In this document: one piece after another, positions 24,401-32,938 of the stretch | Layout of the letters: each line of letters begins with the position of its first letter | How positions within the stretch are numbered: the first letter of the stretch is position 1 | Source of the DNA: Gammaproteobacteria bacterium | GTDB taxonomy: Bacteria; Pseudomonadota; Gammaproteobacteria; DRLM01 | Length of the DNA: 64,000 nt | NCBI GenBank assembly: GCA_023266095.1 | Contig: JAHFRV010000003.1 | Coordinates: forward strand, 29,444 to 93,443 | Direction: 5' to 3' | The notes under the pieces: generated by a model | Database searches by the model: none | Seen by the model: only the letters and a program-made list of their open reading frames with translations | What the model was told of the DNA's origin: nothing | Position numbers and translations under genes: made by a program

Positions 24401-25005
24401 ACCCTCGGCCGGCCGCGCCACACATTGGCATCCCACTTGAAACGGATATAGGTGTAAGGGATGCCCCGGCCGCGGTGCGCCGATGTCCACGCCGCCACCT
24501 CGGCGACGAGATCGGTGTCGGCGGTTTGCGAGTCGCTGCCGGTGTGGTGATTGATGCGCACCAGGCCGGCATATTTTGCGTCGGTGCTGATAATGTCGTC
24601 GATGTAGACGGCGTCGATCGCCTCGATCTCGCCGTCACCCCACACATACACGTGGTGCAGGTATTCGTTATTGGCGCCGGTGACCACCTCGAGCACGCGG
24701 ATTCCACCGGCGCGGTCCACGCCATACGGCACGGGCAACGGTTGCACGGCGCCGGTGCGCGTGAGCAACGTGCCCTGCAGACGCGCGACGTCGGTGTTGA
24801 TGCTCGGAATATCCGGCTTGAGCGCGCCGTACAGGCCGGCCCCCGAAAACGGAAAAAAGATATTGAGCGGGTTTTCGGCGAATCCTTTTAGACCGCCGCT
24901 GTCATCGATGCCGAGCTGATTGTCGGCGAATCCTTTCAGGCCGCCGCTGTCATCAAGCCCGAGCACATCATCGAAGAATCCGCCCATCAGGAAGCGCGCC
25001 CCCAC
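21409..25005 (-). CDS. phage host-specificity / central tail fiber protein (gpJ-like, GTA g15-like)
   Basis: 1198 aa. Sits directly downstream of the TMP and distal tail proteins and is typical large tail-tip architecture. N-terminal tandem peptide repeat. Confidence 0.65.
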   Translation of the reverse strand: MGARFLMGGFFDDVLGLDDSGGLKGFADNQLGIDDSGGLKGFAENPLNIFFPFSGAGLYGALKPDIPSINTDVARLQGTLLTRTGAVQPLPVPYGVDRAGGIRVLEVVTGANNEYLHHVYVWGDGEIEAIDAVYIDDIISTDAKYAGLVRINHHTGSDSQTADTDLVAEVAAWTSAHRGRGIPYTYIRFKWDANVWRGRPRVQADLRGRQVYDPRENRLTYSEQFDNAAWVKLNATVSANATIAPNGTLTADKLIASAGAAEHAISENFTFLAGVAYAFSFYAKAAEYQFGLFSARSNGVDNGCWIDLTTGATSNAFGVVTVSTEDAGDGWWRVKAIVPVGTGVAAYARVNAATAAGVYSFAGDGVSGIYIFGVQLNSSGAVKPYVRTTSAAIVPGTRYSSNPALCIRDYLTSARYGLGASTADVDDDAIIDAATYCEIQREQYNGAGIFHNLYSCDGAVDTARPVRDNIIELLTCCRGFISTTGGKYTLILDKPAAATFTFDIDNIVGEWGIEFSSKRDRCNRVSASFSNPALDYEPDVAPCDSPTFLAADNYRLLDRRLTLPYTKNWYRARDLCELELKQSRQGLVVRFTATLAALQCGIGDVVNITHPTPAWTAKTFRLLTLDLQNDGTVRVTAREHEPTVYDLALPTAAPTPADTGLPDPTVVVPPSALVLDGGTNGLMRLGDGTNLARIKCNITATTDIYAVGYQFELKESLSSDWVVGTVTQSRSSTEAYLFPVRDLVAYDVRVCAVNTMSYKSPYIQQLNYTVLGEEQPPSDVASAWIEIDGDRARLKWSQVADVDVNEYEVRRGTVWATATFVFRGSAENTLLTALPAGLNTYLVKAIDRRKKYSTNAATATFTTVVPTVSSPIAQVIDNNVLLKWTATPGSLPIRRYNVRRGAVFASPDRDFGAVDSTFAVVFEDASGNYTYWVQPVDVADNAGTAVAVTAAVSQPPDYVLRSDQNSAFGGTKTSAVVLASGALLLPVTTTETWAQHFSNGGWSNIQAQISAGYPIYAEPSAATGSYQEVIDYGTTLPATKITITPTTTQIHGTNTLTPTLETAPDSGGSPGAWTSYGSVWEAFAAGGFRFVRVTIATTSSGGDDLVRIDSLNVKASLKLKSDAGMGTAAAADAGGTTVTFGAAFLDVSSITVTPSGTVARYAIYDFVDAPNPTQFKVLLFDAAGARVSGGFSWTSRGN
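24877..24972. repeat. 2 x 48-bp tandem repeat inside the 5' end of the J-like gene
   Basis: ggcgaatccttttagaccgccgctgtcatcgatgccgagctgattgtc versus ggcgaatcctttcaggccgccgctgtcatcaagcccgagcacatcatc. It encodes the duplicated DDSGGLKGFA(D/E)N peptide. Confidence 0.7.
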
Positions 25006-25544
25006 GGTATTTGATCATCGACTTGGGCTGCGAACTCGAAGAACGCATCACCGGGAAAGTACAGCTGTTGATCATCGTCGCTGCTGCGTCGGCCGCTCAC
25101 TTTTTCGAACCGCGAGAACTGCGCGCCGACGTGCCACACCAGCGCGGCGTCGCCGGCGGGATCTTCTTGGAACGCCGGTCGGTCGATTTCGCCGAGAAAT
25201 TCCTGCAGCGGGTTTGCGATCAGCGCCTCATTCGCGTCGAGCAAGGCTCGATATACGACCACGGTGCGGCCGACGTAACTCTCGGTGAGCGCGCGCTGCA
25301 AGTTCGCCTGGCTGCCGGCGAGCACGATCGTCACGGCGCGGTCTTCCAGCGGCAGCGCCTCGCGTATACCGTTAACCGATACCAGGTTGCCGCCGAGATA
25401 GGTGTTGCCGGCGTATGAAATGCTTATGTAGCAGGTGGTGTGGTACTCGGTGCCGGAGTCAAACCGCAGCTCGACGAGATAGCACATGCGCACGGCGGGC
25501 TTGGACACCTCGGTCTGCATCGCCGATGTCAGGCCGGCCCTCAT
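24987..25544 (-). CDS. phage distal tail protein (hypothetical)
   Basis: 185 aa ORF in the tail module between the J-like protein and a 388-aa tail protein. Possibly DUF2163-like (GTA g13), unconfirmed. Confidence 0.45.
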   Translation of the reverse strand: MRAGLTSAMQTEVSKPAVRMCYLVELRFDSGTEYHTTCYISISYAGNTYLGGNLVSVNGIREALPLEDRAVTIVLAGSQANLQRALTESYVGRTVVVYRALLDANEALIANPLQEFLGEIDRPAFQEDPAGDAALVWHVGAQFSRFEKVSGRRSSDDDQQLYFPGDAFFEFAAQVDDQIPWGRAS

Positions 25545-26707
25545 GCCAGGTCCTCGATAAAATCGGCCTCCAGGTCGACCAGCGCGCCGGTGTAACGATA
25601 ACGAATCGAGTCCTTCAGCATCCGCACGGTGAACGGCACCGCCGTTTTCGTAATCGCCTCATTATCCGCGGGCGTTGCGACCAGCGGCGAGGTAAGTAGG
25701 AGCGTGGCCATGCTACCGGCGTCGCTGTTCACGTCGCTCGACACCATATAAATTTTGTTGTTGCCGGCCGGTTTGAACAGATCGCCGGCCTTGAGAATGC
25801 CGTTGACGCTCGGCGTCCACCCATCCGTATGCAGCGCGAGCCCGCTGGGCGCCTCGGCGGTGATGGCGGATGCTTCCGTTTTTGTATACGGGCCTGGATA
25901 GAGCCCGCTTTCGAGTTGCGACCCCCAAAAATACATCCCAGAAGCGCCATCACCCAAATAAACTTGATTGCCGGCGAGATGCATCCGAATCTGGCTCTGT
26001 ATCGTCGATCCAGTCCCGGGCTTTATTCCGAGCGCCAGACGATACCAGCCAGGGAATGCTGCCACAGGAACGATTGAGGTGGTTAGGTTTGCCGCAGACC
26101 CGACAATCCCGGATGACGTGATCGCGCCGGTGTTGAGATTATAGACTGCATAGCCATAACTGCTGAGCGCGCCATCAAAAACAAAAATAGCGCATTCGCT
26201 TCGCTCGCCCGCTTTCGCGAAAATTGAATGCACGCAGTTCGTTTCCGCATTGAATGTCTGCGTGCGAATCAATCTATGCAGCTCGCTGACCGAGGATTCA
26301 ACGATTTTATCGGCGGTGACGCCGCTACCATCCGGCGCTGCGATCACATCAGAGGCAATACTGATACCAGCGCCTCCCCACCCGCCGCTCAATTGCTCGG
26401 AATAATTCCACAAATTGTTTTTGTAGCGCACCAACGGTGTCCCCGTCGCCACGCCCTGCGGCACGCTGATCACCGGCGGCACCAGCGTGAACGTCTCGAA
26501 CTGACCGCGCTGCGCGACGAGGAACGCATAGATCGCGCGGAACTCGGTGCGCTTGAGGCGCGGCCAGCGCACCGTCATCGCCCACCGCTGGCCCTGCATC
26601 TTGCGCCCTTGCACCTTGCCCGACTGCGCGACGCTGAGTGTGGTCGGATCGACGCTCTCGAAGTCGAGAATCTGTAAGCCCGGCCCTAACGGAAGAACGC
26701 CGCTCAT
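25541..26707 (-). CDS. phage distal tail protein (hypothetical)
   Basis: 388 aa. ATGA overlap with the TMP stop. In the position of a distal tail (Dit-like/DUF2460-like) protein. Confidence 0.45.
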   Translation of the reverse strand: MSGVLPLGPGLQILDFESVDPTTLSVAQSGKVQGRKMQGQRWAMTVRWPRLKRTEFRAIYAFLVAQRGQFETFTLVPPVISVPQGVATGTPLVRYKNNLWNYSEQLSGGWGGAGISIASDVIAAPDGSGVTADKIVESSVSELHRLIRTQTFNAETNCVHSIFAKAGERSECAIFVFDGALSSYGYAVYNLNTGAITSSGIVGSAANLTTSIVPVAAFPGWYRLALGIKPGTGSTIQSQIRMHLAGNQVYLGDGASGMYFWGSQLESGLYPGPYTKTEASAITAEAPSGLALHTDGWTPSVNGILKAGDLFKPAGNNKIYMVSSDVNSDAGSMATLLLTSPLVATPADNEAITKTAVPFTVRMLKDSIRYRYTGALVDLEADFIEDLA

Positions 26708-28947
26708 CCTAATGGCCCCCGCTTGCCGCGCGAGTTGAACGCCTCTTGCACCGCAGAGATGGCCTGCGCGCGGATCGCTGGCATGTAACGCTGTATCACG
26801 CGGTCCATGCCCGACGCATCGGCCGCGGTGAAACTGAAACTTTGTTGTATCACCACACCACCGCCGGCTTTGCCGCCGATCGAGTTGTCACGCAATGCGC
26901 GCGTGAGCAGCATGTTGTCCTCTTTTTTCACCACGCGCTCGCCCTTGTCGAGCAGGTACGTGCCCTCGCGCGGAATAAAATCCAGCCCGTCGTGGGCCAT
27001 GCCGGCGAGGGCGAGGCCGTTAGTGAGAGCATAGGTGCTAGATATTCCAGCTGAGGCCATCACTGCATTACCACCCATCGTCGCGAGCGACACCGCCGCT
27101 GCGGCCGGCGCCCATGCGACCGCCGTGGTGGCCGCCGCGCCGACTGAAACGGCGGTGGTACTAATCAAACCAACTTTCTGTAATGCCCACAACGTCGCCT
27201 GCTGAACCCCGATTTGAATCAGCGTAGCGAGTACCTGTTGGCCCACCGCATTTAAAACACCGTCCATCGCGTCACTAAGGTCCTCGGCATGCCATATAGC
27301 TTGGGCCGTCGCCTGACCTACGCCCCGCGTGAAATTATCGAATGTGCTGATCCAGAGAGAGCTGAATTGCTGAGCAACATTTTTCTGGGAGTCGATCCAG
27401 CTTTTTTGCTGGTCATCGGCCTGTTGCAACATATCCAATGCCTGCAAAGCTCCGCGATTATAGGTGTCATCATCAACGCCGAACCCATCACCAAATCGCT
27501 CTCGTTCCTGCAATAGTCTATTGAGGTCCGCCATGCGCTGGTTGAATTGTTCCTGCGGCGTGCGGGTCTGCTCGAACATGCGGAGCGACTCATCCCGCAT
27601 CGTTTGCAACCTGTCGGTGGCCTCTTTTGCGATGGCCGCGCCTTGCTCACTCGCCGCTTTGTCGGCGGCCGTGGCGGCCTCCTGCGCGGCCACGAAGTCC
27701 AGCGCGGCCACCACCCGCGCCTTGTCCGCTTCGCCCGCGTCCAGTTGGTTGAGCTGGTAGAGAGCCAGCTGCGAATTGGTCATGCCGATCTTCGCCGCCT
27801 CGGTCTCCGCCGCGGTGACCATCTGCCGTATCGAGTCCAGCCGTTTGTCGTTGGCCTCGGTCGCGGCGGTGTTGTCGATAGGCGCGGTACCGCCGACTGG
27901 CGGCGGCACATTCATCCCGCTTTGCAGTTGCAGCATGCGGTCGTTGATGTCGTTGATGCGCTTGGTGAGTACGTCGTAGGTCGCTTGATCGGAATCCTTG
28001 AACATACCGAAGAACCGGCCACCTCCCTGCAATCTCTCGCCGATCTTCGCGCGTTGATCCAGCAGTTTGCTCATTTCATCGCGCAGCGGGGCGAGCTGCG
28101 TGCGGTTTTGAATGTCGCGAAACTGTTCGACGAACGCGCCGGCCTTGGTGGCGGCGATGGAAAACCCGTTGGCGATATCCAGCACCACGGGCGAGAGGTC
28201 CAGCATGGCGGTCATCAGCGGCGCGCGAATGATCTTGCTCATCGTGTCTAATTTGTCGCTGGCTTCGTTCGCCCGCTGAATAAGCGATTCATCCAGCACA
28301 AAGCCCATTGCGCTGGCTTGATCGCGCAACTTTTGCAGCTCGGCGCTGCCTTGCGATAACGCGCCGGCAAAGCGGGCGCCGGCCCGGCCGAACAAATCCA
28401 TGCTAATGCCGACGCGCTCCGCCGGGTTTTCAATTTTCGCCAGCCCATCGGCGATATCGCCCAACAACAATTCAGTTGGACGTAAACGGCCCTCGTTATC
28501 CACCAGCTCCACACCCAGCCGGCGGAAAGACTGTTGCGCCGATTCGTTGCCCTCGGCGGCTTCCGCGACTTTGCGGCTAAGTTGTTGCAGCCCTACTTCA
28601 AATTGCGATTGGGACACGCCGGATAATTGAAGGGCGTACTGATACTCCTGAAGACTGCGCACGTTAAAGCCGAGGCGATCGGCGGTCTCGCCCAGCGCAT
28701 CCATCGTGTCAAGGCTGGACCGGAAAAAGTTTGCAAGTGCGCCGGCAGTCAGCGCCACCAACACGGTGCGCATCGATGCGAATTGATCGCGGAGCGCCTG
28801 TGATCGGTTGCCAAGTTGATCGGCTCCGGCCGCAGCGGTCTTGGCGGACTGGCCCAACTTATCCAGCTCTTGCCGGGAGAGTTTTACCTCGCCCACCAGG
28901 CCGCTGCCGTCGGCCTTCAGTCGGATGCCGAGCGTGATATCAGTCAT
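26704..28947 (-). CDS. phage tail tape measure protein
   Basis: 747 aa, Ala/Gln/Leu-rich and coiled-coil. Sits immediately after the G/GT chaperone pair. Confidence 0.8.
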   Translation of the reverse strand: MTDITLGIRLKADGSGLVGEVKLSRQELDKLGQSAKTAAAGADQLGNRSQALRDQFASMRTVLVALTAGALANFFRSSLDTMDALGETADRLGFNVRSLQEYQYALQLSGVSQSQFEVGLQQLSRKVAEAAEGNESAQQSFRRLGVELVDNEGRLRPTELLLGDIADGLAKIENPAERVGISMDLFGRAGARFAGALSQGSAELQKLRDQASAMGFVLDESLIQRANEASDKLDTMSKIIRAPLMTAMLDLSPVVLDIANGFSIAATKAGAFVEQFRDIQNRTQLAPLRDEMSKLLDQRAKIGERLQGGGRFFGMFKDSDQATYDVLTKRINDINDRMLQLQSGMNVPPPVGGTAPIDNTAATEANDKRLDSIRQMVTAAETEAAKIGMTNSQLALYQLNQLDAGEADKARVVAALDFVAAQEAATAADKAASEQGAAIAKEATDRLQTMRDESLRMFEQTRTPQEQFNQRMADLNRLLQERERFGDGFGVDDDTYNRGALQALDMLQQADDQQKSWIDSQKNVAQQFSSLWISTFDNFTRGVGQATAQAIWHAEDLSDAMDGVLNAVGQQVLATLIQIGVQQATLWALQKVGLISTTAVSVGAAATTAVAWAPAAAAVSLATMGGNAVMASAGISSTYALTNGLALAGMAHDGLDFIPREGTYLLDKGERVVKKEDNMLLTRALRDNSIGGKAGGGVVIQQSFSFTAADASGMDRVIQRYMPAIRAQAISAVQEAFNSRGKRGPLG

Positions 28948-29616
28948 CGATCGCCTCGCGCATTGCCTTCACCGCGGCCCGCTCCATTTTTTGGATGAGC
29001 GCAAATTGCGTGGGGGTCGTTTTGATTTTTAAACGCTTGATCGCCACGTCTACTCCCGCGTAATTCAGGCCAATCGCACCACCGGCAGGGGCGGGAATCC
29101 ATTGCGTATTCACCGCCATGAACAACAAGAGCGTGTCCCAGTTTCGCGGATCGACGGAGAAATAATCGTTGTCATCCTCCGCGAACGCCGCTTGAATCTC
29201 GGGCGGCGCATTCCACGCGGCCAAATCGTCCGCCACATTGTCTTTGCCGGCATCGCGGCCGCGCGCCCAATGGGCGGCGGCCTCTTCTAGTTTTTTTCGC
29301 CAGCGCCCGCCTGCGCGCGGAAAAAAGCGGAGAGCATCGCCGTGCGCACGAAAACGCGGCGGGTGAGGGCGGCGATGTTGTCCGGCGTGCAGGGCAGCGG
29401 CTGATCCTGCTCGTCGAGCACCGCCTCCCAATCCAGAATTACCTGGCCCAGCAATTCGGCATCATTGGCGGAGTCGCGCACCAGCTCATCGATGTCAGGC
29501 TGCTCCATTAGCCGGAACTTGCAAAAAAAGGTGGCCTTAGTGGTCTTGCCGCCGTCGCGCGGAATGCGCACCTCGACGGGCCAACGTACGGATTCGATCG
29601 ATTGCATTTTGAACAT
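28940..29616 (-). CDS. tail assembly chaperone G-T fusion produced by programmed -1 frameshift (predicted)
   Basis: The overlapping downstream ORF (28940..29431) is in the -1 frame relative to G. Slipping at A_AAA_AAC (29290..29296) gives ...GEKK-LEEAAAHW..., matching the downstream ORF. DUF1799-like LLFMAVNTQWI motif in the T part. Confidence 0.55.
29287..29616 (-). CDS. phage tail assembly chaperone (gpG-like)
   Basis: 109 aa ORF between the major tail protein and the TMP. Ends ...GAGEKN with an A_AAA_AAC heptamer at the stop. Confidence 0.65.
   Translation of the reverse strand: MFKMQSIESVRWPVEVRIPRDGGKTTKATFFCKFRLMEQPDIDELVRDSANDAELLGQVILDWEAVLDEQDQPLPCTPDNIAALTRRVFVRTAMLSAFFRAQAGAGEKN
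29290..29296 (-). promoter_or_regulatory. candidate -1 ribosomal slippery heptamer A_AAA_AAC
   Basis: Minus-strand gaAAAAAACtag at the G stop. A second candidate, T_TTT_TTC, lies at 29320..29326. Confidence 0.5.
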
Positions 29617-29618
29617 GT

Positions 29619-30548
29619 TTATTTCACCGTCAGGGAGTATTCATCATTGCCGGAGGTCGGCACGAAGATCAGATCCATTTGCAACATCGCAATGCCGTCC
29701 TGGTTGCTGTAACGCGGCTTGTTGATCTGCACCTTGCTTGCATCGAATTGCACGATGCCTCCAGCGGCGGTGCCGTGAACCAATTGCATCGCGGCCAGTG
29801 TTTCGGCCTTCGCTATCGTGAAAAAGTTTTTTGTGGTCAGCACCGGCGCTTCAATTAAACAGTTGCCGCCGCCGTCTCGGTCAACCACTGACACTTCCTC
29901 CACGCCCACCAAGTTGCGATAGCTCGTCTTTACGCCGCTGGACACTTCCAGCTTTTGCAGCTTCGCAGCAAGGGAGTGCAAGGTGAAGGTAGGCGTGTTG
30001 GCGTTGGTGATCGCCTTCGGCAACTGGAATGCCGTGTACGTCGGCGTGGGATTCGCCACGGTAGAGGGATCAACAAAAATGCCGGTGAAATTAAATTTGT
30101 ATTTGGGGATTTTCTTGGCGTCGAGCACAAAGCCCCAATCGCCGCGCACACCCACCATCGCGTGCTTTTGCCCGTCGATGAAAAACCACAACGTCACCGC
30201 TTCTTCGCTGCTGTCCACCGGGTTATAGATCACGCTCACGCCGGCACTAATCGTCTCCGACATAGCGCACGCGCGCAGCAGAGGGCCATAGGCAGGTGCC
30301 GTGCCCGCCGCGCCGGCGCCGGCCACTTCCACTTCGAAGCTGATCATCGCGCGCAAGCCGATATGAATAACCTGCTGCGCGCCTAAATTATTGCGCACCA
30401 GGTCACGGGATTCCTCGTCGGCCTCTAACGGGGTGAACTCAACATTGCTGCACTGGATCGCGTTCGCAGCGCCCGTCGGCGTGGAGTCGGTGCCATAGGT
30501 CGTCTCGATCTTGGCGAGCACGACCATCTTGCGGAATTTTAGCGGCAT
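29619..30548 (-). CDS. phage major tail (tube) protein
   Basis: 309 aa, beta-rich. Directly precedes the chaperone pair, consistent with siphovirus major tail gene order. Confidence 0.65.
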   Translation of the reverse strand: MPLKFRKMVVLAKIETTYGTDSTPTGAANAIQCSNVEFTPLEADEESRDLVRNNLGAQQVIHIGLRAMISFEVEVAGAGAAGTAPAYGPLLRACAMSETISAGVSVIYNPVDSSEEAVTLWFFIDGQKHAMVGVRGDWGFVLDAKKIPKYKFNFTGIFVDPSTVANPTPTYTAFQLPKAITNANTPTFTLHSLAAKLQKLEVSSGVKTSYRNLVGVEEVSVVDRDGGGNCLIEAPVLTTKNFFTIAKAETLAAMQLVHGTAAGGIVQFDASKVQINKPRYSNQDGIAMLQMDLIFVPTSGNDEYSLTVK

Positions 30549-30551
30549 GGG

Positions 30552-30713
30552 TTATTCCTCCACCGGCTGTTGTTCAATCTCATCACCATCGAGCGGCGAA
30601 TCATTTCCACCGCGCGGCCGGTTGCCCTGCGGGTGATCTTCGGTGCGCTCCACCAGATGGCGCTTGCCGTCGATCATCACGTAACTACCGCCCTTACCCT
30701 CATGTTCATCCAT
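30552..30713 (-). CDS. small hypothetical phage protein
   Basis: 53 aa from the Met with an AAGGAG RBS 7 nt upstream. The longer 72-aa version overlaps the upstream gene. Confidence 0.35.
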   Translation of the reverse strand: MDEHEGKGGSYVMIDGKRHLVERTEDHPQGNRPRGGNDSPLDGDEIEQQPVEE

Positions 30714-30724
30714 CGCCGTCTCCT

Positions 30725-31198
30725 TTACTGATAATGTCGGGTCGTAAGGGACAGCCGCGCCGAGTGACACAGCACGCCGGCAAACATCACCGGTACGGAT
30801 TCGCTCACCTGCACGCCCGCGCGCTCGTCGGTAATCATGCTGTCCACCACGCCGCCCAGCGTGTCGTCATCGCGAAACGCATCGCGCACAGCCTCGATCA
30901 ACGCATCGAATGCCAACTCGGTTTCCTCCGCGTCCACCAAACTCATGAATCCGCGAATCTGCCAATCGTGATCCACCACATACCGCCCCACGTCAGGGCT
31001 GATCTCACGCGTCGCCACGCGGCGCACATGCCAGCCCAGTATTTTGTCCGCGCCGCCGCCATCATCCTGCGTGCGGTAGAACGTGAGCATGTCCGCCGAT
31101 TGTTTGGCGTACCGCTCATAGCCGCTCACCTGGCCAATGCCCGCCACGGTATTGATCGTGGCCACAATGGCGTTGCGAATCTCGGCAACGGTCGGCAT
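30725..31198 (-). CDS. phage tail completion / head-tail joining protein (hypothetical)
   Basis: 157 aa in the neck module. Confidence 0.45.
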   Translation of the reverse strand: MPTVAEIRNAIVATINTVAGIGQVSGYERYAKQSADMLTFYRTQDDGGGADKILGWHVRRVATREISPDVGRYVVDHDWQIRGFMSLVDAEETELAFDALIEAVRDAFRDDDTLGGVVDSMITDERAGVQVSESVPVMFAGVLCHSARLSLTTRHYQ

Positions 31199-31710
31199 CA
31201 GGTCGTCCCGCCCAATCGCTGCACGATGCGTAGTCGCGCAGCCTCAAACATCCGCACCACCTGCGCACGATTGGCCGCGAACGCGCGGTGAAACATACCC
31301 ACCGCGGGCGTGCCGCGCGCGGCGATCTTGCGCTGTATGGCGCGCGCAACGCCCGGCACCTCATCCTCCGACACGTCCAGCTTGTGCCGCACCCAATCCT
31401 CCAGCGGCTCGATCGGCGCCCAATGCGGGCGCGTACCCACTTCCACGGGCTCGGCGTAGTTGAGCGGCGACCCCACCACGCCGATCACACTGTCGCCGAT
31501 GGCCTGCGGGCTGAGCGCGGTGACGCTGCCGCGCAGCCCACCGCCGCCACCCACACCCACGGGCGTCAACTCTTTCACCTCGCGCTGCATCAGCAGCTCG
31601 GCCTCGAGCATTGCGGCCGTCAATTCCTGCCGGCATATCTCCGGCGCGCGACGCCACAAATCGGAAAGCTCGGCCGCGCCGTGCAGCGTCACGTCGATAT
31701 TCACACTCAC
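31198..31710 (-). CDS. HK97 gp10-like phage neck protein
   Basis: 170 aa in the position of a gp10-family head-tail protein. Assignment is from memory. Confidence 0.45.
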   Translation of the reverse strand: MSVNIDVTLHGAAELSDLWRRAPEICRQELTAAMLEAELLMQREVKELTPVGVGGGGGLRGSVTALSPQAIGDSVIGVVGSPLNYAEPVEVGTRPHWAPIEPLEDWVRHKLDVSEDEVPGVARAIQRKIAARGTPAVGMFHRAFAANRAQVVRMFEAARLRIVQRLGGTT

Positions 31711-32384
31711 CGGTAGCGCCTCGGGTGCGTCAGCCGGTCATTGCCCAGGCTGTCGTTGTTGTCGAAATTGCGAATGGCCGCGGCCGGCGCCGTGCGCTTG
31801 TCATCGAGTCCCAACTCGTCGAAGTAGCGCCCGCGCAAGCGGTTCGCGCGCGCGCCGTATTCACGGCTCTTGCTTTGGTGGTCCACGTTATCCGCTTGAA
31901 TCGTGGATGTGCTGTCGTTCGCGTAAAGCGCCGCCAGCTGATCGCATAAAAGCGCCGCGGCCCAACACGTCACCGCTTCGCGGTCGATAGAGGGGAGGGT
32001 ATCGCTCGCGTCGGAGAGGGTGTGCGGGACGGTGTACGCACAGCGCACGGTGGCCGCGGCGGATAAACCGGCAGGCACCTTAATCACTTTCGCGACCGAG
32101 GGCGCCTGATATAGATAAAACTGGTCGGGCTCAATGTGGCTCGGCGGCACATCGCCGATCGGATATTCCATCGATGTGATGTTGCTCGCCTCGTCATCCC
32201 ACGCGCTCGGCAGCAGCAGCGTGGTTGCGTTGCTGGCGGTAATGTCCTCCACCAGCTCGCGCGGCCGGTCTTTGCTGTACCGGCTCACAGCGCGGGTGAT
32301 GGCCTGATCGCGCGCGGCGGGCGTGATGCGGTTGCCCTCGTCGCGCACCAGGTCCATCACCAGCGATTGGTAGTCGATCAACAT
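31707..32384 (-). CDS. phage head-tail connector protein (hypothetical)
   Basis: 225 aa ORF in the neck module. Confidence 0.4.
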   Translation of the reverse strand: MLIDYQSLVMDLVRDEGNRITPAARDQAITRAVSRYSKDRPRELVEDITASNATTLLLPSAWDDEASNITSMEYPIGDVPPSHIEPDQFYLYQAPSVAKVIKVPAGLSAAATVRCAYTVPHTLSDASDTLPSIDREAVTCWAAALLCDQLAALYANDSTSTIQADNVDHQSKSREYGARANRLRGRYFDELGLDDKRTAPAAAIRNFDNNDSLGNDRLTHPRRYR

Positions 32385-32399
32385 GTCCGCGCTGGCCGC

Positions 32400-32852
32400 T
32401 TACATCCGCACGCAGATTAGCAGCACGGTAATGTCGTTCCACGTCGGCGACGTGCCGCCGATCGTCAGGTCGACGGTGATCGCGCTCTCGTCGGCGATAG
32501 CGGTGTCGCTGATCGTGCCCTCGCTGTAGGCGCCTGCGGTAACGGAAATCGCCGAACTCAACACCGACGACGCACCCTCCTTGACGCTGACTGTCAGGGT
32601 CGGCGACGTGCCGCCCGATGCGCGCGCCGATGCGCCCACGCCGATCAACTTGCAGGGAAACGGCATGGCGAAGCGCGTCACCGCCGTGGTGGTGGCGGTG
32701 TACTGCCCAGAAATGTGCAGCGGGATCATCGTCACGCCGGAGATTGCCGACGAGTAGTTCGGCGTCGCGGCGTGCACCGGCGACATCGATACGCCAATGC
32801 CGATGCACAGCGTCAGCGCCAGCCCAAGCGCGAGGTGAGAAAGTTTTTTCAT
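32400..32852 (-). CDS. secreted Ser/Thr-rich hypothetical protein (moron?) inside head-neck module
   Basis: 150 aa. Clear signal peptide MKKLSHLALGLALTLCIGIGVSMSPVHA|ATP. Strong AAGGAG RBS. Confidence 0.5.
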   Translation of the reverse strand: MKKLSHLALGLALTLCIGIGVSMSPVHAATPNYSSAISGVTMIPLHISGQYTATTTAVTRFAMPFPCKLIGVGASARASGGTSPTLTVSVKEGASSVLSSAISVTAGAYSEGTISDTAIADESAITVDLTIGGTSPTWNDITVLLICVRM

Positions 32853-32938
32853 ACTGAAAACTCCTTGCGTGATGTGAAATAAAAAAGCCCGAAAAAAAGG
32901 GCCGGCGCGAACACCGGCCCGAACGCTACTACCAGCGA

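Noticed and set aside
21484-24891. Several 150-380-aa ORFs antisense to the J-like tail gene, and 40323..41132 antisense to the repeat protein.
   Set aside because: They are open-frame artefacts of GC-rich repetitive coding DNA. The sense-strand genes form a coherent tail operon.
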